Below, piece after piece: positions 9,985 to 21,153 of a DNA stretch of 64,000 nucleotides; position 1 is the first letter of the stretch; each line of letters starts with the position of its first letter. The position numbers and the translations under genes are program-made. The stretch lies in assembly GCA_042408215.1 (NCBI GenBank), contig JAYFMW010000008.1:32001-96000 (forward strand), given 5' to 3'. This stretch comes from Microcoleus sp. (GTDB lineage: Bacteria; Cyanobacteriota; Cyanobacteriia; Cyanobacteriales; Microcoleaceae). The notes under the pieces were generated by a model. That model was not told where the DNA came from. It saw nothing but the letters and a program-made list of their open reading frames with translations, and made no database searches.

Positions 9985-10606
9985 TCATTCGCTCTCCCAA
10001 GCTGCCTGAAAAAAGTCTCTTTCACACAGCATAGCATACCGATAAGTTGCTTCTAATTTTGGAGTTAATACGGCATATTTATCTGTCCAACTTTCCAGCC
10101 GTTTTGCTAACAGCTCAAACTCTGCGCTGCTGTCGGTGCGAATCCATTCGCTAAAGGCGTGTTCTGGTATTTTAGGTTGAGCTAACTTCTGCCCAAAAAG
10201 CATACAATCGCAGACAAGGAATCATCGCAGCTACTGTCAAGCCTACAGCATTTCCCCGGCGGTTGCTAATACAAAATCCCTAGAGCGACGGGTGGCAATT
10301 CCCGGTTTTGCCTCTGGTAAATATGCGCCCCATTTGGCTGCATATCCTTGATGCAAGCGCAATTCTGCTAAAACGCCACTGCCGAGCTCGTGGAGGATTT
10401 CAAACCCCTCCCAGTCGGGCGCTTTGGCAGCGACTATGCTGTAATCGCGGGCCAATGCTCCTAGAAAAAATGCGGATTGTGTGACATAATATGCAAAACT
10501 ATTTTGGGGGAGTTTGCCATCAGCAATGCCTCTGAGAAAGGGATGTTGCAGACAAGCTTCGCTTAAGTCTTAATTTGCTGGCCACAGATCATTTGGAATT
10601 TGTCAT
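9985..10606 (-). pseudogene. TenA/thiaminase II family pseudogene
   Basis: Fragments ACLQHPFLRGIADG..FAYYV, ELRLH and YRYAMLCERDFFQAAW are separated by stops and frameshifts. Confidence 0.75.
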
Positions 10607-10661
10607 GCCCTTTAGAGTCCATCGGTGATGATTGTAATTCTTATAGTCCGACCTAACACCT

Positions 10662-12599
10662 ATGATAGCAGATATCTTCGGCTTAATTCCATTGGTTTCT
10701 CTGGGCCTTTTGTTTCTGATATTTAAGCAAATAGATAAATGTTGGCGCACTGCTATTTTGTCGGCGGCTGTTGTCTGGGGTTCTGTTGTTGCTTTATCTA
10801 CTGAAATTTTAAGTTTGTTTGAATTGCTAACTTTTGAATGGGTGTTTGGGCTGTGGTTAGTGGCGGATATTTTATGGCTTATAATTTACCTAAAATTGAA
10901 CATTGTCAAGCCGGATCTTCGGAGCAATGATCGCAGTCAGTTATCTAGTTTTTTACTTTGGTTGCTAGGTGGTGTATCATTGATTTTTGCTGCGGTTGGT
11001 TTAATTGCTATAGTTTCACCCCCTAACAATTGGGATTCTATGACTTATCACATGAGCCGCGTCGCTCACTGGATGCAAAACCGCAGTGTCGAACACTACC
11101 CAACTTCTTATGTGCCGCAATTATTTCACCCGCCAGGGGCGGAATTTGCGATTATGCACTTTCAGATTATCAGCGGGGGCGATCGCTTTGCGAATCTGAT
11201 ACAATGGTTGAGTATGGTTGGCAGTGCGATCGCAGTTTCTTTAATTGCTAAGCAACTGGGAGCCAATTTGCGAGGTCAAGTTTTTGCGGCTGTTTTTGCG
11301 GCGACTTTACCGATGGGAATCCTCCAAGGTTCTAGCACTCAAAACGATTATGCTGTATGCTTTTGGGTGGTGTGTTTTGTCTCCTGCGGTTTGGCAGGAA
11401 TGTCAGCAGGAATTACTCTTTCTAACACTCTGAAAATTGGCGCAAATTTGGGTCTCGCTCTCTTGACAAAAACCACAGGTTACATATTTTCGCTGCCTTT
11501 TATTATCTGGTTTCTAATAGTAGGAATAAAACGCTATCACCAAAAGATGCTACCACCCATTTTGATGATAGCCGCCGTGACTCTGATCCTGAATATCGGT
11601 CATTTTTGGCGAAATTACGATTTGTTTGGATATCTGATAGGTGCTCCTCAAGATTTTACTAAAGAATACAAAATCGAAATATTTACTCTCCCAACTTTTT
11701 TGTCAAATATAATTAGAAACTTAGCGATGCACACCGGCACGAGCATTTCCAAAATTAACGGTTTGATTGTGGCGGTTGTTAAATTGCTACACAAAATATT
11801 AGGTATACTTCCAAATGACCCCCGCATCACTTGGCCCCCAGGACAAGTATATGCTCTCAGTACACCTTCATTTAATGAAAACAATGCTACCAATCCCATC
11901 CACTTTGGGCTAATATTTGCCACTATTATGCTGATTTTAAACAACCCAAAATTGAGACAAATAAAAATAGTAATAGTTTATTTAACCGCGACAATAACTA
12001 CATTTTTATTGCTTTGTCTGCTCCTCAAATTGCAACCTTGGCAAAGCCGCCACCACTTGACAATTTTTGTCTTATTTGCGCCGTTGTTTGGATTAACAAT
12101 ATCGCAATTATCAAATTATAAAATAGCCAATTATATTGTAGGAATTCTAATTTTTATGTCGCTCCCTTGGATTTTTAATAACAAATTTAGACCTCTCCTC
12201 GGAGAGAGGAACATTTTTAATAGCAGCAGAAATGAGCTTTACTTTACAAATCGCCCGAAAATCGAGTTTCCTTACAACAAAGCAGTAGATTTTGTCAAAT
12301 CTCAAAACTGCACAAATATAGGACTATCATTTTGGACTAAAAATTCCTGGGAATATCCGTTGTGGGTACTTTTTCAACAACCGGGAAAACCAGCACCTCG
12401 CATTGAACATATCTCTACCATCGATCCTGTAGTCGAGAAAAAATTAAATTCCGAACCTTACAAGAGTTTTATTCCTTGTGCGATCGTTTACCAGTCTACA
12501 AAAATAGATGATCGACCAGGAAAAGAAATGGTTGTCAAAAATCAAACTTATGTACAAAAGTTTACCCTTGAACCCCTCAGCGTGTTTCTGAAAAAATAG
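10662..12599 (+). CDS. GT39/ArnT-like integral membrane glycosyltransferase
   Basis: PPNNWDSMTYH, STQND and LTKTTG motifs with many TM helices. Confidence 0.75.
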   Translation: MIADIFGLIPLVSLGLLFLIFKQIDKCWRTAILSAAVVWGSVVALSTEILSLFELLTFEWVFGLWLVADILWLIIYLKLNIVKPDLRSNDRSQLSSFLLWLLGGVSLIFAAVGLIAIVSPPNNWDSMTYHMSRVAHWMQNRSVEHYPTSYVPQLFHPPGAEFAIMHFQIISGGDRFANLIQWLSMVGSAIAVSLIAKQLGANLRGQVFAAVFAATLPMGILQGSSTQNDYAVCFWVVCFVSCGLAGMSAGITLSNTLKIGANLGLALLTKTTGYIFSLPFIIWFLIVGIKRYHQKMLPPILMIAAVTLILNIGHFWRNYDLFGYLIGAPQDFTKEYKIEIFTLPTFLSNIIRNLAMHTGTSISKINGLIVAVVKLLHKILGILPNDPRITWPPGQVYALSTPSFNENNATNPIHFGLIFATIMLILNNPKLRQIKIVIVYLTATITTFLLLCLLLKLQPWQSRHHLTIFVLFAPLFGLTISQLSNYKIANYIVGILIFMSLPWIFNNKFRPLLGERNIFNSSRNELYFTNRPKIEFPYNKAVDFVKSQNCTNIGLSFWTKNSWEYPLWVLFQQPGKPAPRIEHISTIDPVVEKKLNSEPYKSFIPCAIVYQSTKIDDRPGKEMVVKNQTYVQKFTLEPLSVFLKK

Positions 12600-12642
12600 A
12601 CCTTTGATTTAACAGTTAAAAACCACAACTAAAAGATCAAGT

Positions 12643-13608
12643 ATGATGAACAGCACACCGAAATATTCCTTGGTAATTCCTATTTATAATGAAGAAGAAA
12701 CTCTAGCTGAACTTTACCTGCGAATTAGTGCGGTGATGGCAAAAATGGATGGCCCAGTAGAGTTAATTTTAATCAATGATGGCAGTCGCGATCGCTCTTT
12801 GGAACTCCTGCGAGACTTGCACGAAAAAGACTCGCGAATTTCTTACCTCAGTTTTGCCCGCAATTTCGGCCACCAAATAGCTGTAACTGCTGGTTTAAAC
12901 TTTTCTCGTGGTCAAGTTGTAGTCATCATGGATGGCGATTTGCAAGACCCGCCAGAGTTAATTATAGATATGGTAGAACAGTGGCGGCAGGGGTATCAAG
13001 TTGTTTACGCTCAACGCACTCAACGCCGTCAAGAAGGTTGGTTTAAGCGGTTTCCGGCTTATATGTATTATCGCATTTTGCGGAATCTTGCTGATGTTGA
13101 TATTCCCATAGATACGGGAGATTTTTGTTTAATGGATCGCTGTGTAGTCGATGTACTAAATGCTATGCCGGAACGCAATCGTTACATTCGGGGACTGCGG
13201 GCTTGGATTGGTTTTAAACAAACGGCGGTTAAGTTTGAACGCGATCCGCGTTTTGCTGGCGAGGTCAAGTATACGTTTAGAAAATCTTTTGCTTTGGCGA
13301 TGAATGGTTTAGTATCTTTTTCAAAAGTGCCACTGCAACTTTCGATTTATCTGGGGTTATTTGCTGCATTTGTATCTGTATCAATGGCTTTCTTGGTTTT
13401 GTATTGGCGGATTTTTTATCCAAATTCGGCATTAACTGGTTTGACAATTGTGATGATGGCGGTTTTCTTTTTGGGTGCGGTGCAGTTGGTGAGTATTGGA
13501 ATTTTGGGCCAGTATGTGGGGCGGATTTATGAGGAGGTGAAGGGCCGCCCGCTTTATACTTTGGCAGAAGTTGCGGGTTTTGGCGATCGACATCGATCGC
13601 CAAAATAA
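12643..13608 (+). CDS. GT2 polyprenol-phosphate glycosyltransferase (GtrB/ArnC-like)
   Basis: [29 protein letters not shown], two C-terminal TM helices and [10 protein letters not shown]. Confidence 0.92.
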   Translation: MMNSTPKYSLVIPIYNEEETLAELYLRISAVMAKMDGPVELILINDGSRDRSLELLRDLHEKDSRISYLSFARNFGHQIAVTAGLNFSRGQVVVIMDGDLQDPPELIIDMVEQWRQGYQVVYAQRTQRRQEGWFKRFPAYMYYRILRNLADVDIPIDTGDFCLMDRCVVDVLNAMPERNRYIRGLRAWIGFKQTAVKFERDPRFAGEVKYTFRKSFALAMNGLVSFSKVPLQLSIYLGLFAAFVSVSMAFLVLYWRIFYPNSALTGLTIVMMAVFFLGAVQLVSIGILGQYVGRIYEEVKGRPLYTLAEVAGFGDRHRSPK

Positions 13609-13631
13609 TTTTAGCAAACAACAGTTAACTC

Positions 13632-14033
13632 ATGTTTTACTTGAGCGAAGCAACTGAGTTTTTCCCAACTGATAAATTTGAACGCTCCCAAGTCATGCAG
13701 TGGTTATTTTTTGAACAGTACAGCCACGAACCTTTTATTGCTACTTCTCGCTTTTGGTACATGACAGGAAAAGCTGAGGAAGATCGAGAAGCACTCCAAC
13801 AAAAACAGGCACCGGGTTATGCTGCTTTGGCGGTGATGGAACAGCATTTAGAAAACCATGCTTTTTTTGTTGGCGATCGCTATACCATTGCTGACATCGG
13901 TTTATTTGCATACACTCACGTTGCTGGGGAAGGCGGATTTGATTTAACAAAATTTCCAGCAATTGAAACTTGGATCGATCGAGTAAAAAGTCAGCCCGCA
14001 TATATCAGCATGACAAATTTAAATTTAATTTAA
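13632..14033 (+). pseudogene. Glutathione S-transferase, N-terminal domain missing
   Basis: Only the C-terminal domain is present (QWLFFEQYSHEP, YTIADIGLFAYTH). Confidence 0.7.
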
Positions 14034-14123
14034 ATTTCCGTAAAAAAACCCGGTTTCTGCATCAATATCTCTCGGAGAGAGCCACGATTTTTCGGATAAA
14101 CCGGGTTTTTTTTGCCTTAGTCT

Positions 14124-15005
14124 TTACTGACCAAATCGACCGCCTGTGGGTGGCGCGAACTCATGGTTAATCTCTGTAATCCGCCCTCTCCAGTACGGCC
14201 AAGCGCCTTCCGGGGGTTGCCATGCTACTTCGCCCTCTAAGGGGATCTGCATCCCATTGCGAACCGTATATCCCCAACATCGAACTTCCCACGGCATCCC
14301 CACCAGAGTGTCGCCAACTGTACGATAACGAGCCTCAGCACGGATGGTATCGATCGACCCTTCGGTATTAAAACGAAATACTAGGGAGACAGTTGTTGCA
14401 CCATCCGTCAGAGTGCCACGAGCGGAGATATCATCGATCGCCTCCCAGAGTACACCTTGACTCGGTAACAGAGCAGTGGGATACCACGCCGCCTCTGCGA
14501 AGAACCGCATTAACTCACCTTGAGCCATTTCAGGCGTACCGCACACACTTGCAAGGCTGACAATACCGAGTAATGATGCGTGCAAAATGCCTTCCCCTAA
14601 CAAATAGGTATCATGGACAAATATCTTCAGTCCTGGTGCCATCTGAATACGCGCATCCCAATCAAAACCTGGACGCTGAGTAATCACAAATTGTGTGGAG
14701 GTAAATGGACTCCACTTGGCTTTTTTCTCACCCATATTGAACTCTCCCTGATGGGTGAATTTGACAGCAGAGGCGATCGGCTGTCCATCCTTAAATACTG
14801 TCCGAAAGAATCGCTGCACTGGGGCTGGTAAGCCTTCAATCTCTTTTTGGTCATAGATTTGTGGCTTAATTATCCGCTGCCCACTTGCTAACTTGGCGCG
14901 TAAATTATCAGTATCTAACTGCCACCGAAATTTGCCGTAAATGGTAGCCAGTCCAATGCAAACTATGATTAAAATACTTATGAGTGCAATCCATTTCATC
15001 CACAT
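14124..15005 (-). CDS. DUF6544-like protein with N-terminal TM anchor
   Basis: LPAPVQRFF, PGFDWDA and RFFAEAAWYPTALLP motifs. Confidence 0.65.
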   Translation of the reverse strand: MWMKWIALISILIIVCIGLATIYGKFRWQLDTDNLRAKLASGQRIIKPQIYDQKEIEGLPAPVQRFFRTVFKDGQPIASAVKFTHQGEFNMGEKKAKWSPFTSTQFVITQRPGFDWDARIQMAPGLKIFVHDTYLLGEGILHASLLGIVSLASVCGTPEMAQGELMRFFAEAAWYPTALLPSQGVLWEAIDDISARGTLTDGATTVSLVFRFNTEGSIDTIRAEARYRTVGDTLVGMPWEVRCWGYTVRNGMQIPLEGEVAWQPPEGAWPYWRGRITEINHEFAPPTGGRFGQ

Positions 15006-15023
15006 GATACTTACCTATGTTTG

Positions 15024-15362
15024 TTAATTCAGAAGTTGATACATTGTGATGATCGTAATGATTATTACAATGGATGTATAGATTAAAAACCTGTACTTGG
15101 ATAGCCAATTAGGAAGATAAATCGCAAAATTGTCCTTTGTTGAATTTGAATACTTCCGTGCAATCAGAGTTAATGGGAAGACGAATCTAAAGGTTAGTAA
15201 AATTATACCTTCTAGAGATACAAATCCATAACCAATCCAGAGCCAGATATCTAGTTTATTTGCGATCGCGGCATAAAGCATATAGAAAATCACCAAATGA
15301 AAGAATACCCATATCAAAGTGTGAATAGCTTTAATCAACGTCAATTTGGTTTCACTTTTCAT
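15024..15362 (-). CDS. Small membrane hypothetical protein
   Basis: IKAIHTLIW...PLT...IYLP pattern, about 3 TM helices. Confidence 0.6.
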   Translation of the reverse strand: MKSETKLTLIKAIHTLIWVFFHLVIFYMLYAAIANKLDIWLWIGYGFVSLEGIILLTFRFVFPLTLIARKYSNSTKDNFAIYLPNWLSKYRFLIYTSIVIIITIITMYQLLN

Positions 15363-15463
15363 ATTGTATCAATATAATTTCTCCATTTTCGGCATTAAAT
15401 CGTGCCATTCGCTCTGTTTTTGATTTCCTAACGTTCCCTGACACCTTGCCAAGAGTGATTTGC

Positions 15464-16273
15464 TCATGTTTTCCTCGCAGTTAACTGTTTCCAATTTCCC
15501 TTCCACAGCAGCAGTCCCCCTAATACTGTCAAGGTAAGCATCTGCCAGATTTCAACCAGAGAACCAAAACCGATGGTAGTTTCGATCGCATCACGAATCT
15601 CATCAAATGCAGCGTGATAAACAGTTACAACAGCAAGGCTTTGGGTGACTGTCCAAATATATGCAAAAACCAGCGCGTGCATCATCGCAGGAATTAGACT
15701 TACTACAAGCATAATGGCTATTGAAGTACCCATATTATCAGTAAGTTTTTCAGCCATGCCCATCCCAACAATCACAGGCAAATGCCATGCCCACCAAATA
15801 AAGGAATGAAGCAACAGTGCTGTTCTTAGGCTGTATCGTTTTACCAAGTGCGGTAGCATATAGCCGCGCCAACCAAACTCTTCACCAAAGGCTGGAATCA
15901 AGGTAGCGAGAAAACGAAGTAGAAAATTTCCTAGAATCTCTGGAACGATAACTGCTTTAGGAATACTCTGCATTCCTAAGACTAATTCGAGGATTGTGGG
16001 AACAACCCACACAAAGATTGCTAGTGAGAAGACTGCGAAATAGTGTTTTGATTTACCCCAACTCCAACCAGCTTTTGAGAAGCCATCATGGAATATATAG
16101 CGACACGCGATATAGGTAGCAACTGTGACCATAATCATTGATAATGAGCTTAAGGCATAGCGCATAAACGGCGTCTTTGCCCACAGCACATACGCAATTT
16201 GAAATGGCCAAGATATCGCCACGACAATCAATAGATATGTTCTCAGCGAGAAAGGTTTCTGGGGATTTTTCAT
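15464..16273 (-). CDS. CPBP (CAAX/Abi) family intramembrane metalloprotease
   Basis: EEFGWRGY, WHLP and HAAFD motifs. Confidence 0.88.
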   Translation of the reverse strand: MKNPQKPFSLRTYLLIVVAISWPFQIAYVLWAKTPFMRYALSSLSMIMVTVATYIACRYIFHDGFSKAGWSWGKSKHYFAVFSLAIFVWVVPTILELVLGMQSIPKAVIVPEILGNFLLRFLATLIPAFGEEFGWRGYMLPHLVKRYSLRTALLLHSFIWWAWHLPVIVGMGMAEKLTDNMGTSIAIMLVVSLIPAMMHALVFAYIWTVTQSLAVVTVYHAAFDEIRDAIETTIGFGSLVEIWQMLTLTVLGGLLLWKGNWKQLTARKT

Positions 16274-16364
16274 TCTTGAACTTTACCTCCGATATTTTTG
16301 GCGGTTGTCTTCGTCAGAACCTTCTTCACCATCACATTGACAAATACTGGGCAGAAATCAAGTA

Positions 16365-16559
16365 TAAGCTGTTACGCACTTAAATTATATAATTTGGAGG
16401 CTGAATCCCTTCTACAGCCTAGATCGAGTTAAAAAACTAGATGCGTAACAACTTACAGCGGTTCCCGCTTTTATGAGGTACAGTAGCAATTAGTAAACCA
16501 ATTTATTACAAACCGCTACAGAATATTTAGTGTACCTCATTACAGCGGGAAATGCTGTA
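16365..16559. mobile_element. Two adjacent MITE-like elements
   Basis: First has TIRs TAAGCTGTTACGCA / TGCGTAACAACTTA (16365-16455). Second has TACAGCGGTTCCCGC..GAGGTACA / TGTACCTC..GCGGGAAATGCTGTA (16454-16559), and its family recurs at 27614 and 55582-55690. Confidence 0.7.
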
Positions 16560-17366
16560 TCTATATCTATATCGAGCTAATGTCTTTGATCCCCACAGAA
16601 AGACTACAATAACAGCGGCGATCGCAATTATTGAATAGTGAACTTCAGGATAGTCAACTAGCGGATTGTAATTTTGGTCTTTTGGGAATAAAATCCTACC
16701 AATATTAGCTATGCTGTGAAATAGAATGCACACAAATACACTTTTTCCAGTGTTGTTATAAAGCCAAACAATAAGTATCCGCATACCAACAAGACCGAGA
16801 GTTGCCCATGCTATCCATATCAAATCGTGACCCTGTTGAATGATTGATGGGTAATGCAATATTGCCCACACCAAGCCCAAAATGATGGCGGTTGTTAGTG
16901 CAGACCATCGTTCTTGCAGAGCATCAACGGCATATCCCGACCAGCCGACTTCTTCACCTGTAGCAAGGAGGAAGAAGGCAACAGACATTACCGCGTTCTT
17001 TAGAAACGGAATTTCCACTCCTATAGGAAGTGGCAGTCTAAACAAGTGCATTACTCCATATATCAATAAATATATTATTGGCATCAAGAAAATAAGAGGC
17101 AAATACCAGATTTTTTGCCTGATTCTTGAAAAATCGAAAACTCTTTTTAACAGATACTTTATACCAATAGTCCCCTCTTCTTTATAAACAAGGATGCAGG
17201 CAGCTATTAACGGTGTAAAGGCGGCTATAAAGTCAGTAACAGGAACATCCAGAGGAAGTCCTTTAACTTTGACCATTGTTCCAATTACCCATAATGGAAT
17301 AGTAAGAGCAAAAACCAGTAGAAAGAACTTTAGCGGTGATTTATTTGATGATGTGCTGGTATCCAT
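16527..17366 (-). CDS. CPBP (CAAX/Abi) family intramembrane metalloprotease
   Basis: EEVGWSGY, LHYP and HSIAN motifs. Confidence 0.88.
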   Translation of the reverse strand: MDTSTSSNKSPLKFFLLVFALTIPLWVIGTMVKVKGLPLDVPVTDFIAAFTPLIAACILVYKEEGTIGIKYLLKRVFDFSRIRQKIWYLPLIFLMPIIYLLIYGVMHLFRLPLPIGVEIPFLKNAVMSVAFFLLATGEEVGWSGYAVDALQERWSALTTAIILGLVWAILHYPSIIQQGHDLIWIAWATLGLVGMRILIVWLYNNTGKSVFVCILFHSIANIGRILFPKDQNYNPLVDYPEVHYSIIAIAAVIVVFLWGSKTLARYRYRYSISRCNEVH

Positions 17367-17534
17367 GATTGTGATTGATTAAATGTCGTTTTAGATTGAT
17401 TAGTCAGAAAGTAATTTTAGATGTAAGTATTTCATCGCTCTCAAGGTTTGTTAAAATTATAATTCAACTAACTGCAACCCGTATTCCTTGACGACTAAAA
17501 CTTTACACGGCTGTAAAACACTCGTTTCACATTC

Positions 17535-17756
17535 TCAGCAGCAGTAACATAAAACATCACAATCGCCCCTAACACCAGCACAAAATTCAACGGCAACGAT
17601 TGAAATCCAAACAGTTTTCCTAAAGGTGTCCAGGGGCATGATGATTGTTACTCCTACGGTAGCCAGCGTTGCCGTCCCATAACCACATACCGCGATCGTG
17701 ATTGTGGTCATCACCATTGCCGTCCACCACAGCGCAGTGCTATAGTTAGTAGACAA
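17535..17756 (-). pseudogene. Gene debris including an ion-channel pore-helix fragment
   Basis: YSTALWWTAMVMTT resembles a K+-channel pore helix; no full ORF. Confidence 0.35.
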
Positions 17757-17875
17757 CCAGGGGAATAGTTTTGCTTAGCAAGCGTGTTTGAGCGATCGCT
17801 TCCGTCAAATCACGATCGCCATGAACGAACCTATAATAATTCGTCAATTGCCACCATAATTCATTGTATAAGTAT

Positions 17876-20800
17876 ATGTCAACAAAGTTTTTCACGAATA
17901 GCGAAGAAAACACTTTAATCAAAAAGTTTGAAGGGGTTTTTACCTATAATCCCAACATTCAATATTTTGACGCTTTAGTAGGCTACTTCAGGGCATCAGG
18001 TTATTTCAGAATCAGACCATTTTTAGACCAAGTTCCAAATATTAGAATATTGGTGGGGATCAACATTGACAAAATGCTTGCTGATGCTCAAAAATCTGGG
18101 CTTGATTTTTTTAGCAACTACGAAAGAACAAGAGAAGATTTTATCAGGGAAATTCAAAAAGATATTGCACAAGCCAATTATGACAAAGACACCGAAAACG
18201 GTATTTTACAATTCATTGACGATATAATTCAAAATAAAATACAAGTAAAGGCACATCCCGAAAAAAAGATCCACGCCAAAGTTTATATTTTACGTCCTGA
18301 ACCATTTAATGAACATACACCTGCCACAGCAATAACGGGTTCTTCAAATCTTACGGATGCTGGACTTGGTGGAGGCAATTTTTATAATTATGAGTTCAAT
18401 GTTCAACTAACAGAATATCCTGATGTTCAATTTGCTACCGCAGAATTTGAAAAGCTTTGGGCTGAATCTGTTGATATATTGCCAGTTGATATTCAGGGCA
18501 TCAAAAAAGAAACTTATTTGAATGAAGAAACAAGTCCCTTTGAATTATATATAAAATTGCTGAGTGAATATTTTGGCAAAAATATTGATTATGATCCAGA
18601 CTCAATAGGTGATTTACCTCAAAACTTTAAAAAACTTTCTTATCAAGTTGATGCCGTTAATGAAGGCTTTAATATGCTGCTAAAACACAACGGCTTTATC
18701 TTAGCTGATGTTGTGGGATTAGGTAAAACTGTTATTGCAGCAATGGTTGCTAAAAAGTTTTTAATCCAAAATGGTAGAGAGAATACAAAAATATTAGTTG
18801 TTTATCCGCCAGCAGTTGAAAAAAACTGGAAAGACACTTTTAAGGATTTTAATCTTGACAAATACACCAAGTTTATCACTAATGGAAGCCTTGAAAAAAT
18901 ATTAACAGAACATCAAGACTATTGGAAAAAAGAAGAGTATGATTTGGTGATAGCTGATGAAGCACACAAGTTTCGTAATCACAAAACAGGTGCTTTTCAA
19001 AACTTACAATTAATTTGCAAAAGCCCCAGAGCAAATAATAAGGGTTTAATCAAAGGGAGTCAGAAAAAAGTAATTTTAGTATCTGCAACACCTTTGAATA
19101 ACAGACCTGATGATATTTTTTATCAAATACAGATGTTTCAGGATGCTAGACAGTCAACACTTCCTATTACAAATTTGACTGCTTTTTTTAGTCCCTTAAT
19201 GGAGCAATACAAAAGCCTAAAACGCTTTGAAGAATTAGATATAAATAAGCTTAGAGATATTTATGGGAAAATTCGTAAAAATGTAATTGAACCTATTACT
19301 ATTCGGAGAACACGCACTGACCTAGAAAATATTGCTGAATATAAATTAGACTTAATAGCACAAGAAATCAACTTCCCAAAAGTAGAACCACCTAAAAAAG
19401 TGGAATATCTAATGGATGAGAAACTAAATGAATTGTTTCATAAAACAGTTTTTTATCTAATAGATGAATCTCGAATAAAATACAGCCGTTACCAAGCCAT
19501 TGCCGGATTAAACCCAGAAATTCAAAGCAAGTATTACGAAAACGCAGAAACGGTTTCTAAATCCTTAGCATTTATAATGAAAACTCAGTTGATTAAAAGA
19601 TTAGAAAGTAGTTTTTATGCCTTTAAAAAATCCCTAAGCAATTTTCAACAAGCCACCGACAGAATGATTGAAATGTTTGCTAATGACAAAATATTTATCG
19701 CTCCTGATACTAATGTAAACAAGCTATTAGATAAGGGTTGGAGTGATGAAGAGATTGAGGAAGAAATAGAAAGATTAAGCGCAGACAATCCGAAAAACAA
19801 AACTTTTAAAAATGCGGATTTTAAGCCAGATTTTATTGAGAGTTTAGAGAATGATTCTCGACTTTTAAAGGAATTAGTCAAAGGTTGGGATGCTGTTGAG
19901 AACGATCCAAAATTGGATGTGTTTATTGCACAATTAAATAAACTATTTCTTAATAAAAAGACTAATTTAGAAGGTAAGTTGGTAATATTTTCTGAGTCAA
20001 AAGATACTGTTGACTATTTAGCCGAGGCTTTACAAAAGAGAGGTAGAAAAGATGTGTTGGTAGTTTCGAGTAAAAACAGAAACCAATTGTATGATACGAT
20101 AGTAACTAACTTTGATGCTAACTGTACGCAAGAAAAACAGGCAAACGATTATAGTATAATCATTACTACTGAAGTTTTGGCAGAAGGAGTAAATTTGCAT
20201 CGTTCTAATGTAATTATTCACTATGATACACCTTGGAACTCAACTAAACTTATGCAAAGAATTGGGCGTGTGAATCGTATTGGTACTCAAGCAAATGCTA
20301 TTTATAATTATGTTTTTTATCCTTCGGCACAAGGCGATTCGCAAATTCGGTTAAATAAAACTGCTTTTATGAAAATTCAGGCTTTTCATACCGCATTTGG
20401 GGAGGATAATCAAGTGTTTTCAACTGATGAAATTTTAGATGCAGTCAAACTTTTTAGCGGAACTTATAAGGAGGAACAAGACGAACGCTTAAAATTTCTT
20501 TACTTTCTACGCAATTTCAGGAAAAACAACAAAACTTGGTTTGATAAAATTAAAAAAATGCCTTTAAAATCAAGGGCGGGAAGAAGTTCAACTAAAATTA
20601 AGAAACCTGATTTACAAAATGGCACGGCGGCATTTTTAAAGACAGATAAAAAGTTTGAATTTTATTGGGTGGATAGCAACAATCAACCTAGAGAAATTAC
20701 ACCCATTGAAGCATTTAAGATATTTGAAGCCGATCAAAACGAAAAAAATGCAGAATTAATCGCCAGCCATCACGATCATGTAAACAACGCGATTAAACAT

Positions 20801-21151
20801 TTTGAAACACTGGAATATGAGTTAGTTCAGGCGCAAACAGACCCCGAAGCATTAGGCGGTGTGGCGCAAAATGCAAAAAAATTCCTTTCCACAATTATTA
20901 ACCATCCCAAAGTAACTGAGAAACAAAGGGACAACATTAAGAAAATTATCAACCTGATTGATATAGGGAAATATACTAATTTGCCTTCGGAGGTTGACAA
21001 GCTGCAAAAGAAAAGAGTAAACTTAGATACGGCGATTTTAGAGATCGATCAAATTGCTGAACGATATAGTGTTGATTTCTCGGATGTCCAAAAAGGACAA
21101 AAGAGAAAAGTTGAGAAACCAGTTTTAATCATTTCAGAATCTTTTGCATAA
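17876..21151 (+). CDS. PLD nuclease-SNF2/SF2 helicase fusion (restriction-like subunit)
   Basis: HAKVY...TGSSNLT...NYEFN (PLD HKD), ADVVGLGKT, DEAH, SATP, EGVNL and QRIGRVNR. Confidence 0.88.
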   Translation: MSTKFFTNSEENTLIKKFEGVFTYNPNIQYFDALVGYFRASGYFRIRPFLDQVPNIRILVGINIDKMLADAQKSGLDFFSNYERTREDFIREIQKDIAQANYDKDTENGILQFIDDIIQNKIQVKAHPEKKIHAKVYILRPEPFNEHTPATAITGSSNLTDAGLGGGNFYNYEFNVQLTEYPDVQFATAEFEKLWAESVDILPVDIQGIKKETYLNEETSPFELYIKLLSEYFGKNIDYDPDSIGDLPQNFKKLSYQVDAVNEGFNMLLKHNGFILADVVGLGKTVIAAMVAKKFLIQNGRENTKILVVYPPAVEKNWKDTFKDFNLDKYTKFITNGSLEKILTEHQDYWKKEEYDLVIADEAHKFRNHKTGAFQNLQLICKSPRANNKGLIKGSQKKVILVSATPLNNRPDDIFYQIQMFQDARQSTLPITNLTAFFSPLMEQYKSLKRFEELDINKLRDIYGKIRKNVIEPITIRRTRTDLENIAEYKLDLIAQEINFPKVEPPKKVEYLMDEKLNELFHKTVFYLIDESRIKYSRYQAIAGLNPEIQSKYYENAETVSKSLAFIMKTQLIKRLESSFYAFKKSLSNFQQATDRMIEMFANDKIFIAPDTNVNKLLDKGWSDEEIEEEIERLSADNPKNKTFKNADFKPDFIESLENDSRLLKELVKGWDAVENDPKLDVFIAQLNKLFLNKKTNLEGKLVIFSESKDTVDYLAEALQKRGRKDVLVVSSKNRNQLYDTIVTNFDANCTQEKQANDYSIIITTEVLAEGVNLHRSNVIIHYDTPWNSTKLMQRIGRVNRIGTQANAIYNYVFYPSAQGDSQIRLNKTAFMKIQAFHTAFGEDNQVFSTDEILDAVKLFSGTYKEEQDERLKFLYFLRNFRKNNKTWFDKIKKMPLKSRAGRSSTKIKKPDLQNGTAAFLKTDKKFEFYWVDSNNQPREITPIEAFKIFEADQNEKNAELIASHHDHVNNAIKHFETLEYELVQAQTDPEALGGVAQNAKKFLSTIINHPKVTEKQRDNIKKIINLIDIGKYTNLPSEVDKLQKKRVNLDTAILEIDQIAERYSVDFSDVQKGQKRKVEKPVLIISESFA

Positions 21152-21153
21152 TT

